Part shown: positions 15,778-30,522 of the stretch, piece by piece | Position numbering within the stretch: the stretch's first letter is position 1 | Layout of the letters: the number at the start of each line of letters is the position of its first letter | NCBI RefSeq assembly: GCF_001194135.2 | Contig: NC_068981.1 | Location: 80,319,139 to 80,383,138 of the forward strand | Source of the DNA: Octopus bimaculoides | Taxonomy: Eukaryota | Reading direction: 5' to 3' | Length of the DNA: 64,000 nucleotides | Position numbers and translations under genes: made by a program | The notes under the pieces: model-generated | Seen by the model: the letters and a program-made list of their open reading frames with translations, nothing else | Told to the model about the DNA's origin: nothing | Database searches by the model: none

Positions 15778-18700
15778 GGTGCAGGCATAAATGTGTGGTA
15801 AGAAGCTTGCTTCCCAACCACATGGTTCCAGGTTCAGTCCCACTGTGTGGCACTTTGGACAAGTGTCTTCTACTATAGCCTTGGGGGCGACCAAAGACTT
15901 GTGAGTGGATTTGGTAGACAGAAAATGAAAGAAGCCCGTTTTGTGTCTGTGTTTGTCCCCCATCACTGCTTGGTGTGTTTATATCCCCACAACTTAGTGG
16001 TAGAATAGAAAAGAGACTGGCAGAATAACTACCAGGCTTGAAAAAAAATAAGTACTGAGGTCAATTCATTCAACTAAACATTCTTCCAGGCAGTGTCCCA
16101 GCATGGCCACAATCTAATGACTGAAATAAGTAAAAGATGAAAGATATAACATGTATATATACATAGATAGATACACACACACACACCTGCCTGCATACAC
16201 ATCAATGCCATTTTACTAATTTCCATATTATCCTTTAACCTCAGAAAGGCAAACTTCTTACTAACTAAAAATATATTTTAGTTTCATCTTTAAATTTCTC
16301 ATAGCTTCGATAACTTATTCTTTTCACTGCACTTTCAAAGCTCTACAGACATTAGTCCCTCCCCTCCTCTCCACTTCCAGTAGAAATGCTATTCTCTTCC
16401 TATGTATAGCAGCAGTCAGTTGTATAATATTTGTTTTGCTCACAAAGCATCTGTTGTTTACCAAGCCATTCTCTGTATATATTCATGCAACTCCCTGCTT
16501 CTTTCTTACTTTCTTTTATCTTTTCTTTTTATTATTATTTTTACTTTTCATTTCTTCTTTTATTATTTTTTTTTATATATTTTGCCCTAGAAATAAATGG
16601 TTATCAGTGTTTAGAGACTGTTTATCTCAGTAACATACTATTTTCTGAGAACTGTCTCTGAAATTTTCAGAATCTATCTGAGCAATGAACTTTTGACATA
16701 TCTATCCTTAGTAGAATATTTGTAGTTTCTATTACTCTATTTGCATTTTTAGACATTTTTTTTCCTTGTATGTGTGTGTGCGTGTGAGAGAGAGAGAGAG
16801 AGAGTGAGATTATAATAAATAATCAATAATTAACTTCATTTTTATCTATACTAGTTAGTGCAGAACACTTACAGTATTAGAGAGCTAAATTACAGTTTTT
16901 TTTTTCTCCCAAGCTATATTTAGTAGCAGAGTGAACTCTGTTTTTTTTTATGTTTTGCATTTATTCTTTCAATGGTTTATAAATGTGAATATTTGCATTA
17001 TTAGCTGCCTTTTGGGATTTTTTTTTTAAGCCAGGGTCTTTCATGTCACTAACAATTTAACTGAGAATTAGGACCTGTACAGTCTTTCTAGATGGACCAA
17101 CTGTCTTGACCCTAACAATTGATGTTGTTAGGAACAATTCCATGCCTCTTTTATTGATCAAACCTGTCATTTGCAACCAACCTCTGCAAAAATTATATTG
17201 CAATAACAGTGTCATTGTTTTGTTTCGTTTTTTTTTTTGTTGCTTTTTTTAAAAAACTTTTACACCTGTTTTTCATGTATCTTGTAGGGATTTTTGAGAA
17301 TGCATAGGGTTTTTCATAATTTTTATGCAGTCAACATCAAATTGGTAGTCCATGGTAGTACTTAACTCAACATTGCAAGCCACTGAAATTTATGTGGCAT
17401 AGCCAGTTGATTAAGAAGTTTGCTTTGCAATCATGAGGTCCTAGGTTTGATCCCACATTAGGGCATCTTTGGCAGGTGTCCTTTAACCATATTTTTGAGT
17501 CACCCCCAAGTCTTGTAAGTAAAATTAGTTAAGAGGAAATATTGTGGAAGCCTTGTTGCACTGATTATACCTGAAAATTATATTAAGTGTGCAAGCTTGA
17601 CTCTGTGATTAAGAAGCTTGCTTCTCAACCATGTGATCTTGGGTTTAGTCTCACTGTGTAGTACTTTGGACATGTGTCTTCTACTATAGCCTTAGGACAA
17701 CCAAAGCCTTGTTAGTTGGTCTGGTAGATGGAAACTGAAGGAAGCTCATCATGTGTGTGCGTATGAGGTTGTATACTCCTGTCTAGACATCAGGTAATGG
17801 TTGTCAATGAACAAGAGTGTTCATTTCAATTCTTCCATGAAAAACATGTCTGGCTATGAGAAAATATTACCTTGCTTGGAAATAGGGGAGAGTTGGCGAC
17901 AGGACAAGCATCTGGCCATAGAAACTCTGCCTTAACAAACCCCATCTGACCCATGCAAAGTGGTTGTAAAAATGATGATGATGATGATGATGAAGACATG
18001 TCTGTGAAATGTTCAGTCACTTGCATGCTAATTCAGTGAACAGTTAGTTCAGTTGATAAGACAACTGCATACTCATTGCCAAAACTTACAGAAACCCACA
18101 ATGTTTTCATCAGTTAACTGTAATAGCATGTTTCCCTAACACCTTCCTTTTTCAACTTTGTTTGGAGAGTACTGAGACTTAGGTGTTCACTTCTACAATA
18201 GCTCACAGCACCAATGATGGAACATTTGCTGTTGATCTTAGGCTGACACTTACTTGGCCAGCAGAAGAATATTGGAGTATTGTAATAATAGCACTAGAAA
18301 TATAACTTCTTTGAAGAATCATTGACTAAGACACTCCTTATCTAAAACCTAAAAGTTTATCATAGTAAACATTGTTTGTAGCCACATCTCATTAACAAAA
18401 GCATAGGAATTTAACCCTTTAATCATTTAAACCAACTATATTTGGCCCAAGTGTTCTACCTGTTTTATGTTCAAACAAGCTAGATGTGGCCTCTCACACT
18501 TACTCTACAATGTCATTCTAAAAATAAACAATTGCTTCATTGAAATCTTAAAAGTACAAGATAATTAATTCAAAACAAGGTGAATAAATAAGCATTACAT
18601 TTGACAGAGTAATGTGAATGCTAATGGATTAAACTCCATTCTATTTATCAGTATTTGAAGAAATAGACTGGAATTTATCATTCAAACCATGAAAGGTAGT

Positions 18701-20375
18701 AGTTGTCACTTCAGTCAAGAGCAGAACTTTTATTCAAATAAAAGAATTTTTTATATCTCCTAGGAACTAAACAAAATGGAGATTTCTGCTTTAACAATAT
18801 TTCAATATCTAAATTCTGTTTTACACATCATGATCATTATTATCAGTATCATAGTCATTTATAACTTACATATACACACTCTTATAAATATGTATACATA
18901 AATTTATATCTTGTGTGAATTTTATTTTTTTATTTAAAAAATATGTCAACAACCAACCCCCTTTTTTTATTTTTTAGCAGTTTCTGTTGGTATTACCAGG
19001 AGGTAAGTGTGTATATTGTCCAAGCAATATAAGGCAGCCTTGTAGATATCTTCCTTTCCCTTCTTATTCAGAGCACTATTACTATCTAGCAGCAATACAG
19101 ATTTCCCTACTCTCTAAATATTTAGCAGATAAGTTTCTCACAATACAATGAAATCTATGTATTTGACAGAAAGACAGAATTTCTGTCTCCCAGTGCATTA
19201 TTTTAAGTTGTTTCCTGAACCTCTCCCTACCATTCTCACTTCATAGATCAGCAGTTTTGATCTTATAAGCAAAATGTTGTTTTACCACCCACTCATTTTT
19301 TAGTCAGACCAGCAAAGTGCATTCGTACACTCACACACATTCTTCATGCTCATAATACACACATACATAAATCACTTGCATAAGTCTGTTGTAAGTAAAG
19401 TTACTTCCTGTGTAAATTAAACATAATGAATAATAAGAACACAGACCAGCATTTTTTTAGAAGGAAGAGTATAATCAATTGAATTGATTCTTATATGTTA
19501 CTAGCACTTATTTTGTTAACCTTGAAAGAATAAAAGACACAGTCGTCCTTGACAGGACTTGAACTTGTAACCTTAAAGAAACAAACTAATTTTTTATTTG
19601 ACTTGGTGTTAATGCAAGGGCTCTGTATTTTAGAGGAAAGGGGAGAAATGTGATATTCATGCTTTACTGAAGAAATGTTTGCTTTGAAGAAGTGAAATCC
19701 CTCAGCAATCTTAATTGCTGTTTCAGTTTTGCCAAGAACTTACATAGCCTTCCTAGAATTAAGATTGAATGAATGTGGTGATATCTAAGGTATGTTTGTT
19801 CCCAGCTAACACTTATTTTAGTGCTATTGACACTGCCAGATTGAATGGTACTTCCCAGGTGTCGAAACCATAGTGATATCCATGGGGTTGCTGATGATAG
19901 AGGTGTGTTGGATTGTCTGTATGTGCCTAATAGTTTTGTAAGACATCCATTTGATAATATTCTACAGCAATGGCTACAGACACAACTCAATATTTTAACC
20001 TATTTCATTTGACATTTAACTCTATTGATATTTTCTACCATCATAAAAACACAAACTATATTATATTATTATTTTATTCATTAGTAATTAATAACACTCA
20101 GAGATCTACTCTTGGTGGTGAATTTTTATGAATAATCAATTACACAAATTATCTCTCATACATTTGATAAACTACTCACTTGTTTGACTTTTAATCAAAT
20201 GCAGTTAGAAGTTTGCTTCCCAACGACATGGTTCCAAGTTCAGACCCGCTGCATGGCACCCCCTACTAAAGCTTTGGGCCAACCAAAGCCTTGTGAGTGA
20301 ATTCAGTTGATGGAAACTGAAAGAAGCTTGTCTTATATATTGTATATATGATGATAATGATATATATATTATATA

Positions 20376-20423
<48 letters not shown>

Positions 20424-21813
20424 CTTTGAGTTGTTGTTTTTTTGCCCCACCATCACTTGACAACTTGTGTTGGTTTATTTACATCCCTTTAACTTACCAC
20501 TTTGGCAAAAGAGACCAGTAGAATATGTACCAGGCTGAAAAAAAATATGAAATTCTCTTGTCTTTCACATGGGGATAAATGGGTTACAATTAAGACCCTA
20601 CCATGTTATATTATATATTTTCTACCCTAAAGCACCAGTCATTTCACTTCTCAAAGCACAGGCCACATCAGCCATTATCATCATCATTTGTTTTGTCTGT
20701 TCTTTTCCATGCTGGTATGAGTTGTATGACATTTCTTGAGGCAGTATTCTATGGAACTCAAGGAGCAGGTGGTGGTGTTAAACAAGTTGATGGATTAAGT
20801 CTACCACTTTAGTAAACAGTGGCAGAATTTGAACTTGGAATGCTAAGTCCTTGGACAAATACCACAAGGCATCTAGTCGGATGTTTTCAAAGTTCTCCCA
20901 ACCTACAGCCCTTTTTATTTTGTTTGTTTGTTTTTTGTTTTTTATTCTGACAAGATGGCTGACAAAGTTGACCTCAGTGGGATTTGAACTCCGAGTGCAG
21001 TGAGTTGAAACAAATGTCACAAAGCATTCAATTTGATGCTCAAATGAGTTTGCTAGTTTGTCACAAATCTGGTTTTATATACACAACAAGGAATAAGATA
21101 TATGAGGGTGAAACATAGTGTAGATGTAAATATTTCTTTAAAAAACACTTTTATCATTAAAACAAAGTTAGTGGTCTGCAAAATTATAATCTTATAAAAC
21201 TACACCATCTCTATATTCAAAACATTTTCTGCCCTCAAAGAGGAAGACCTCCAATTATTAACACCACATCACCTCTAATTCTATCACTTTCCAGCTCCAC
21301 CTGATTATTTCTCTCTTCTAAAATGTGCTCAAACCCTTTTCTTTCATACTTTAACCCTCTCTACTCTTCATTACCTAAAATAGTTTCCCCTTTGGGGTTT
21401 GTAGTCTTGAAAGCTGCATAGCAACCTCATTAGTATTGGTGGCACAAAAGAAAGTACCCAGTATACCTTGTAAAATGGTTGGCATTAGGAAGGGCATCCA
21501 GTTATAGAAACTATACCAAAGCAGATACCAGAGCATGTTGCAGTCCTTGGAACCATCAGATCCTGTCAAACTATTCAACACATGCCAGCATAGAACGTGG
21601 ACTTTAAATGATGATGTATTATGTATTATAATGAACACCAACTGTTGGATTGTATTACATCTCACAAGTCACTTCATCTCTTTTGTGACTATATATATTT
21701 CTGACAAAATACTCTCATAATGTGTTTCAATAAATTTAAATAATCACATTTGTTTTTCCAGTGCCTGAAGTTGGTATGATTCAACTCCTCCATCAACCAA
21801 GGCTACTAAACTT

Positions 21814-21846
<33 letters not shown>

Positions 21847-23386
21847 NNNNNNNNNNCCAGTACCGCCTGACTGGCCTTCGTGCCGGTGACACGTAAAAGC
21901 ACCCACTACACTCTCTGAGTGGTTGGCGTTAGGAAGGGCATCCAGCCGTAGAAACTCTGCTAAATCAGATTGGAGCCTGGTGTAGCCATCTGGTTTCACC
22001 AGTCCTCAGTCGAATCGTCCAACCCATGCTAGCATGGAAAGCAGACGTTAAACGATAATGATGATGATGAATGATGATATATGTCCACTGTCATGCAGAC
22101 AGTGACTTATGCCTGCAAAATGTGGAAAAAGACCAGCAGAATCTATTGAATTGCTGATGTTTTCCATAGATATGTCTTCAGACCATGCCTATAGCTAAGA
22201 TCAGAAACCACTGAAGAGACCATTGCAACTTCATTTATTTGGTTTAAGAGAATCACTGTCTATAATATCTTGATTTTTATGAACTAAGTAATGAGAATAA
22301 GTGAATTGAATAATACCATTTATTTTCCTTTGTTAAATTATTGTTTGTGGAGGCATGTGGCTTTGTGGTCAGGAGTGTTGGACTCATGATCGTAAGATTA
22401 TGGTTTTGATTCCCAGACCAAGTGACATGTGTTTTTGGGCAAAATACTTCATTTCATGTTGCTCCAGTCCACTCAACTGGAAAAAAATTAGCTTTACTGC
22501 GATGGACCAGCGTCCCATCCAGGTGGAGGAATATATATTCCACAGAAACTAAGAAACTGGCCCCTTGTAGCTATATGACTCAGAAAGAATCTTTATCTTT
22601 AAATGATTGTTGACGAGTAGATTGCAAAAATACAGGGAACAGATTTGGCAAACAACTTACTACAGGTTTGTAATTGCTAAAAGAATCTTATAAACTCTGT
22701 ATCTATACCAGTCATAGGTAACCTTGTTTGAGAAGCAAGCCACATAAGACATAACACATCACCAGGTGGGCCTCACTACTAAAATAATTCAAGATAATTT
22801 TCCAATAGGCATGCCCTTCAGAAAGTCCCACAGACTACACCTTATCCATGACTGACCTATACCAAGGCTTCATTCCTATAAAGTGCATAAACCTACTACA
22901 GATTTCAACAATGCACTTCTTATTTTTTGGATAGAGAGTCTTATGATTTACTGGAGCATGTAAATAGAAATGGTTCTGGGAATTTTAAATCTGATTGAAA
23001 AATTTTCATGGGGCCCTCCATTAGTCAGCAAGTAAGAAAAGAAAGATTGGTAAGCAAAGAGAAAGAGCTTTTAGAGCCTAGGCTATAAAAAACACAATAT
23101 TTTCTTGAATGAATATTATTTACTAAAATGTTAGTGTGATGAATTGACTAAATATTTTAAGAAATTGATGTCATGGAGAATATGAATTTATAGTTTATTT
23201 TATGAAAGAAAATTTCATTAACATGTTACTGGCTTATGCAGTGCAAAATTTTCTCTAAAGAAACAAAACAGACTGTTTATCTTGACCTTTTAAAGGTGGC
23301 TAAACCTGACACTCTGCACTCTATTACACCCAGATAGTATGCTGCAGAGCTAAGTCATACCTTTCTCTCTCTCCATCTCTCTCTCC

Positions 23387-23452
<66 letters not shown>

Positions 23453-26400
23453 CTTTCTAATATCCTAATATATCAAACTTGCTACAATGTGTCTCATTTT
23501 TAAGAATATCAGCCTCTCATACTCTGACAACTGCCCTGTCATCTCCACTTTCAGTAATATCCTAGATGACAAAGATGATCATAAACAATCACCTTGAGAT
23601 TTTCTCACTTTTCAGTATGGTTATCACAAAGCCAGAACTTGCTCTTCTACATTATGCAACAATAGTTTATATGAACTGAGATGAGCTGAGACTTCTAAAA
23701 CATCGTCCAATGGCAAAAATCCAAATTTACAGGTAAAAACTCAATTAAATTCAGTTTATTAAAATTAAAATTAAATTAAGTTTCACAGTATAAAATATAT
23801 AGTTTTAGAGAAAAGAACCAAAGTTCATGAACTTATCCATGAAAATCCACAGTCACATAGAAAAATTAATAAGTAAATGCACGATAAATAAGTATAATAT
23901 AATACAAAGTAAATATCATAAGTTAATGATAAAACGACTACACGTGTTTCATAACCAAATTTTCAAATAGAAAATAAAATATATTCAAATCAATTAAATC
24001 GATCGAAAATCAATTCTATTCAAAAATATAGCTAATCTTCAGGTCAAAATAAAACAATAAAAATAATAAAAGAATGTATACATCAACCAACAATAAATAA
24101 CAAATGAACGTATATAAAAATACTTATTATATTAAGATAGAAAAATATTATTAAAATATCAAAAATTATAAACGTGCCATAATTAATTTTACGTTTATTA
24201 TAATATAAATTAACAGAAATATTATATGCAAAGCTAATCTTAATGAATCTTTCGTTTAAAATACAATTTAAACAAAGTTTTAGGTTAAATTAATAAAGAT
24301 AGAAGTAATACTTATCTCAATTTTTAGTTTAAACTAAAAATTTTAGACGTTAAACTCAGAACTAAAACGTTTATTAGAAATAAGTCTCGTGAAGATATTA
24401 CGTAAAGAAAAAGAATAGAATAAAGAGATATAAAAAACATGAATGAAAGATTAAACTTTATATAACTTAAATCATAATAAAACAATTAACTATATTGTAA
24501 ACATTTCATTGAACTTCATCTAAATTGTATTTTAAACGAAAGATTTGTTAAGATTAGTTTCGCATATAATATTTCTGTTAGTTTATATTATAATAAACGT
24601 AAAATTAATTATATCACGTTTATAATTTTTGATATTCTTTATAATATTTTTCTATCTTAATATGATAAGCATTTTTATATACATCCATTTGTTATTTATT
24701 GTTGATTGATGTATACATTCTTTTATTATTATTGTTGTATTTTGACCTGAAGATTAGCTATATTTTTGAATAGAATTGATTTTCAATCGATTTGAATATA
24801 TTTTATTTTCTATTTGAAAATTTGGTTATGAAACACATGTAGTCGTTTTATCATTATCTTATGATATTTACTTTGTATTATATTATACTTATTTATCATG
24901 CATTTACTTATTAATTTTTCTATATGTGACTGGATTTTCATGAATAAGTTCATGAACTTTGGTTCTTTTCTCTAAAGCTATATATTTTATACTGTGAAAC
25001 TTAATTTAATTTTAATTTTTAATAAATTGAATTTAATTGAGTTTTTACCTGTAAATTTGGATTTTTATCCCAGTGGCAGTGTGGTAAGTAGCTTGCTTAC
25101 GAACCACATGGTTCTGGGTTCAGTCCCACTGCATGGCACCATGGGCAAGTGTCTTCTACTATAGCCTCGGGCCAACCAAAGCTTTGTGAGTGGATTTGGT
25201 AGACGGAAACTGAAAGAAGCCCGTCGTATATATGTATNNNNNNNNNNNNNNNNNNNNNNNNNNNNNNNNNNNNNNNNNNNNNNNNNNNNNNNNNNNNNNN
25301 NNNNNNNNNNNNNNNNNNNNNNNNNNNNNNNNNNNNNNNNNNNNNNNNNNNNNNNNNNNNNNNNNNNNNNNNNNNNNNNNNNNNNNNNNNNNNNNNNNNN
25401 NNNNNNNNNNNNNNNNNNNNNNNNNNNNNNNNNNNNNNNNNNNNNNNNNNNNNNNNNNNNNNNNNNNNNNNNNNNNNNNNNNNNNNNNNNNNNNNNNNNN
25501 NNNNNNNNNNNNNNNNNNNNNNNNNNNNNNNNNNNNNNNNNNNNNNNNNNNNNNNNNNNNNNNNNNNNNNNNNNNNNNNNNNNNNNNNNNNNNNNNNNNN
25601 NNNNNNNNNNNNNNNNNNNNNNNNNNNNNNNNNNNNNNNNNNNNNNNNNNNNNNNNNNNNNNNNNNNNNNNNNNNNNNNNNNNNNNNNNNNNNNNNNNNN
25701 NNNNNNNNNNNNNNNNNNNNNNNNNNNNNNNNNNNNNNNNNNNNNNNNNNNNNNNNNNNNNNNNNNNNNNNNNNNNNNNNNNNNNNNNNNNNNNNNNNNN
25801 NNNNNNNNNNNNNNNNNNNNNNNNNNNNNNNNNNNNNNNNNNNNNNNNNNNNNNNNNNNNNNNNNNNNNNNNNNNNNNNNNNNNNNNNNNNNNNNNNNNN
25901 NNNNNNNNNNNNNNNNNNNNNNNNNNNNNNNNNNNNNNNNNNNNNNNNNNNNNNNNNNNNNNNNAATTGTTGAATGACCAAATCCAAGCCTCTCTGATAG
26001 TTCCTCAACAGTTACGATGGGATTTTGTTCCACCAGGGTTTGCAGGACATCCTCGATGAGCTCTACAGATCTTCCAGGATGAGGTTTGTCTTCTAGGCTG
26101 TAGTTTCCAGTTCAGAATTTCTGGAACCACCATTGACAAGGGCTTATGCTTATTGTTCAATCCCCATATACTGCATTAATATTCCTTGCACTTTCCATTG
26201 CATTGTTACCTTTATTGAACTCATAAAGCAAAATATGCCAAATATGATCCTTTGTCACTTCCATTATAGCTTTGAAAAAATAACTGTTAAAATGGAACAA
26301 TACTCGTCAAAACTTGCACTAAGAATAAGTACAAGGTAAAATTACTGCCAGCTTTTATAGCAAGTTGATGCAGGTAGTTTATCCGACTTTTGGTTCATGC

Positions 26401-28894
26401 AATTGAAAAAACTGCATTATTTATGGGATGCCCCATATACATACATATATATATATATACATACACACTCACATACATATATACATATATCCATACATAC
26501 ATACATACATATATATATATGATGATGATGATAATGATATACATGTATGGCAACATCTGATAGTCAGGTTGATCACACAATCATATGATATAGAAGAATT
26601 AGTGTGAGAAGTAGTATTTAGAGATCCTTAGAATTGATTGAGTATGAGTGAGAGTGAGTCTTGTTGACAGCTGCTGCAGTTCGGATTCAGCAATCTGACC
26701 AGGTGCTTCGAATCCAATAAATAAGAGACAAATGGAGATTTTAGGCAGGCAATTTACACCATGGACAATAATGGCACTTTCATGGAAGAGCTCAACAATA
26801 AGAGACCATTGACAGCTGATATAGGAAAGCAAGTGGTCAATAGACTTGATTGTGGTGGTCATTGTGGAAGGAGAAAGAGTCAAAGAGGATGAAAAAAGTA
26901 ATTGCTAAAAACAGTTTGACATGTCGGAAGCTGGAGCAATAAATTGGAGTTTGTGGTGAGAGAAGTTGCTTTCAAACAGAGAGAGTGGTAGGGAGAGAAA
27001 TGGACATGAGCTTTCACTGGAGCACATTATTTGAGGATGATGGAAAGGATGATGTCTGACTGGTTGCTTCATTGAGTTGAAGCAACTGGAGATGTTTTCT
27101 CACCTGACAACTGAGTGTTTGGTGGTGAGAAGGTGAATTTGAAAGAGGTTTTGTTGTGTTAGGTATGCAACATGTTGAGTTGGATGCAAAGTGGGTAGCA
27201 AATGTGTAAGTTGAAAAATGAGGTGGGGGTAGGAGGATTCTGCAAAGTTAGTAGAGAAACTCTCTTGGAAAGGGATCAGAAGGATCTGATGAAATGTGAG
27301 AGAAGAAAAACTTACAAGCTGTGTGTTACACAGTGGCATCATTTGCTTATCTGATGGTAGCCACGCAGGTATAATGATGATGATGGTGGATAAAAGTTAG
27401 TACCAGAGGGTCACCAAAAGTCAGAGGTAGAGTTTTTAGCCTGCACTGCTGGAGGTTTATTTGAGGAATGCAAAAGCACAAAGGGCTTTTCACTCAGAGT
27501 AAAAGGCAGACTGTATGATGCATTTGTACGAACATGGCAGTGAAACATGAGCCGTGACTGCTGAGGAGATGTGTAAGCTCACAAGGAATGAAGCGAGTAT
27601 GCTCCAATGGATGTGTAATGTCAGTGTGCATACTCGACAGTGTAAGTACCTTGAGAGAAAAGTTGAACCTAAGAAGCATCAGTTGTGGTGTGCAAGAGAG
27701 ACGATTGCATTGGTATGGTCATGTGGTGAGAATGGATGAGGATAGCGGTGTGAAAAAGTGCCACACCCTAGCGGTTGAGGGAACCTGTGGAAGAGGTAGA
27801 CCCAGGAAGATGTTTTAGATGTATTAAGGCATGAAACACATTTTCAGCTAGGGGTAGCTGGCAAAGAAATAGTGAAGCTCCAATCAAGAAGATGAGTTTT
27901 CAGAGATTTAGGCAATGAGGTCTTGTTCAGTAGGAAAATGAAGTATTTTGCCTTGCTGAGCATGTTGGTCATACTACTGTGCGTGTATGCACAGGCCCAA
28001 TGTTTTGAGGAAGGCTGGCATTTGCCAATATGTGTAAACTTTTCCTCTCTGCACTACAGACTTTTATCAAAGAGTAAGTTGCCAATTTGGGGTGATACAG
28101 CTTGGCACCTATATTGTTGCAGATGTTGCATCTAGAATGCAGAACCACAATAGATATTGGCAAATATCTTTCCTGGCCCTCTGACAACTCTGTCAATCCA
28201 TCACTCTTTTTAATGAACCCACAAACAAATGAGAGGTAAAGTTGACCTAGGCAGGATTTGAACTTGGAGCATGGAAAATTAGAACAAATACCGCAAGCCA
28301 TTCTATCCAATGCTCTAACGATTGTACCAATTCGGTGTCTTGAATAGATTGATTAGGAAGTATCAAATGGTCTGATGGGGACAGCTGCAATGATTCTTCT
28401 CAACGTTGCAGAGAAATCTATCAGGTACTTAAGATTTGGAAATGTCAGTATGTGTCCTGAAATTCATACTAGAGTTATATACCAAAAACGGTTGAGAAAG
28501 AACTAACGATAAAATAGGAAGTTTTTGTTTCTTAAACGCAGTCAATTTCTTCTCAGATAAAGAAAAGGATAAATTTGATTAGATCAATGTCACAGTATTA
28601 TATACCTATTTTATTGTTGGCAAAGAGATAGAAAGCAAAGTTTCTCCTAATGATACACCAGAATCTGCATTAAAAATCGCGAGATCCCATAATTATTGTC
28701 GGCATTCAACAAGCAATTTAGCGATTTATATTTCAAACATACAAAATAATTAAATAAATAAATGAATAGTTTCAAGGAAGAAAACCTATAGAATCAGCAG
28801 TTCATAAGTTACTTCCCTTGAAATGTGTATGCGCATACGCTTTGCTGTCTTATGTTTTAGAAATGAATTATATATATATATTAATAGATACATC

Positions 28895-28925
<31 letters not shown>

Positions 28926-28977
28926 TTATTTACAGTTTGAGTCAGCTAACTCCTACCAAATATCATGAGTGTTTCAC

Positions 28978-29008
<31 letters not shown>

Positions 29009-30460
29009 TTAGCGTTTGTTTTCCATGCTGGCATAGGTTGGGCGCTTTGGCCAGAGCTGGCAAGCTGGGGAGCTACACCAGGCTCCAGTCTAATTTAGCA
29101 TGGTTTCTATGGCTGGAAGCCCTTCCTAAGGCCAACCACTTTACAGTGTGTTGGGTGCTTTTAAGTGGCACAGCACAGGCGCTTTTACGTGACACTGTAC
29201 AGGTGCTTTTATGTGGCGTCACACGGGTACTTTTACATGGCACTGCACAGACGCTTTTTAGTGGCACCACAGTAGCATTTTTATGTGGCTTTACACTACC
29301 AGGGGGACCGATCTTAACACTTCTGCTACAGAGTACGGGCCTTCTTGAGTACAGCACAGTGCCAGGCATCTAAGTCCTTTGTCATCTCACCTGAAAGCTT
29401 CAGTGTCCTGAGGTCATTCTGCAGTACTTCATCCCATGTCTTCCAAGGTTTTCCACTTCCACGTGTTACATCTACTTTGAGAGATTGGCACTTCTTTATG
29501 CAGTTGTCGGCATCCATCTGCATCACATGACCAAACCAGAACACTCTTCTCTCTTGCATACAACTAATTCCTCTAATGCCTAACTTCTCTCTCAAAACAC
29601 TAGCACTCTGTCAAACATTCCTTTCTAACTTTCACATGTCTTCTGCATTCAGGGCTCATGTCTCACTGCCATGTAGAATTGCCGTCCATATACATGCATC
29701 ATACAATCTTCCTTTCGGTTGGAGAGAGAAACCTTTCGTGGCAACAGAGGTAACAGTTCTCTGAATTTCCTCCATTCTATTCATATTGTAGCTAGTACAC
29801 TCTCTGTGCATCTTCCCTTACTACTAATTTGGTCCCCTAGGTAGGAGAAATTATCTACTACCGCTAATAAGCCACCAGAGTATTTGAGGGAATCAATTTC
29901 TCAAGTCTCTAAAGTTTTTATGGATCCCGTGCATCTTCCACATACTAAAACTATCTTCTCTCATAATATTCCTATTAATCCACTGCACCTCTTATGTGTC
30001 CATAGCTTACACTGGGTACGCTGTATGGAGATGCTGCCAACACCTTTCCTACAAATCGAACAGGGCTGCCTACCTGAGAAGGGTAGGGTCCTGTCAGTTT
30101 TCTCCTTTCCTATACACACGCACACGCACAAACCCACAATGTCTATATGCGTTGGTTAATTGAAAGTAGAACATATTCACTATATGAAAATATTAAGAAG
30201 AAGGAGGAGGAGGAGGTAACTGTCATCCCAGTAGTTGTTGAAGAAATGGGAGACATAGCAACCAGATTTGAGAAATTTGTTGGAGAAATTGGGTTTGATG
30301 TTAAGTATAGTGGAAAGAGACCCTGTGAGATCCTTGACAGCATATTGTTGTCTGCCCTTAGAAGAATTAGCCAGACCAAGTGAAATCAAAATCTCTGAGA
30401 AGTGAAATGTAAATAATATGAGTGGATTTGGTAGATGGAAACTGAAAGAAGCCCATCGTA

Positions 30461-30522
<62 letters not shown>

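Noticed and set aside
29150-29290. Regularly spaced 23-bp repeats superficially like a CRISPR array
   Set aside because: The units are contiguous and diverged with no unique spacers, lie inside an RTE 3' UTR in a eukaryotic genome, and have no cas genes.
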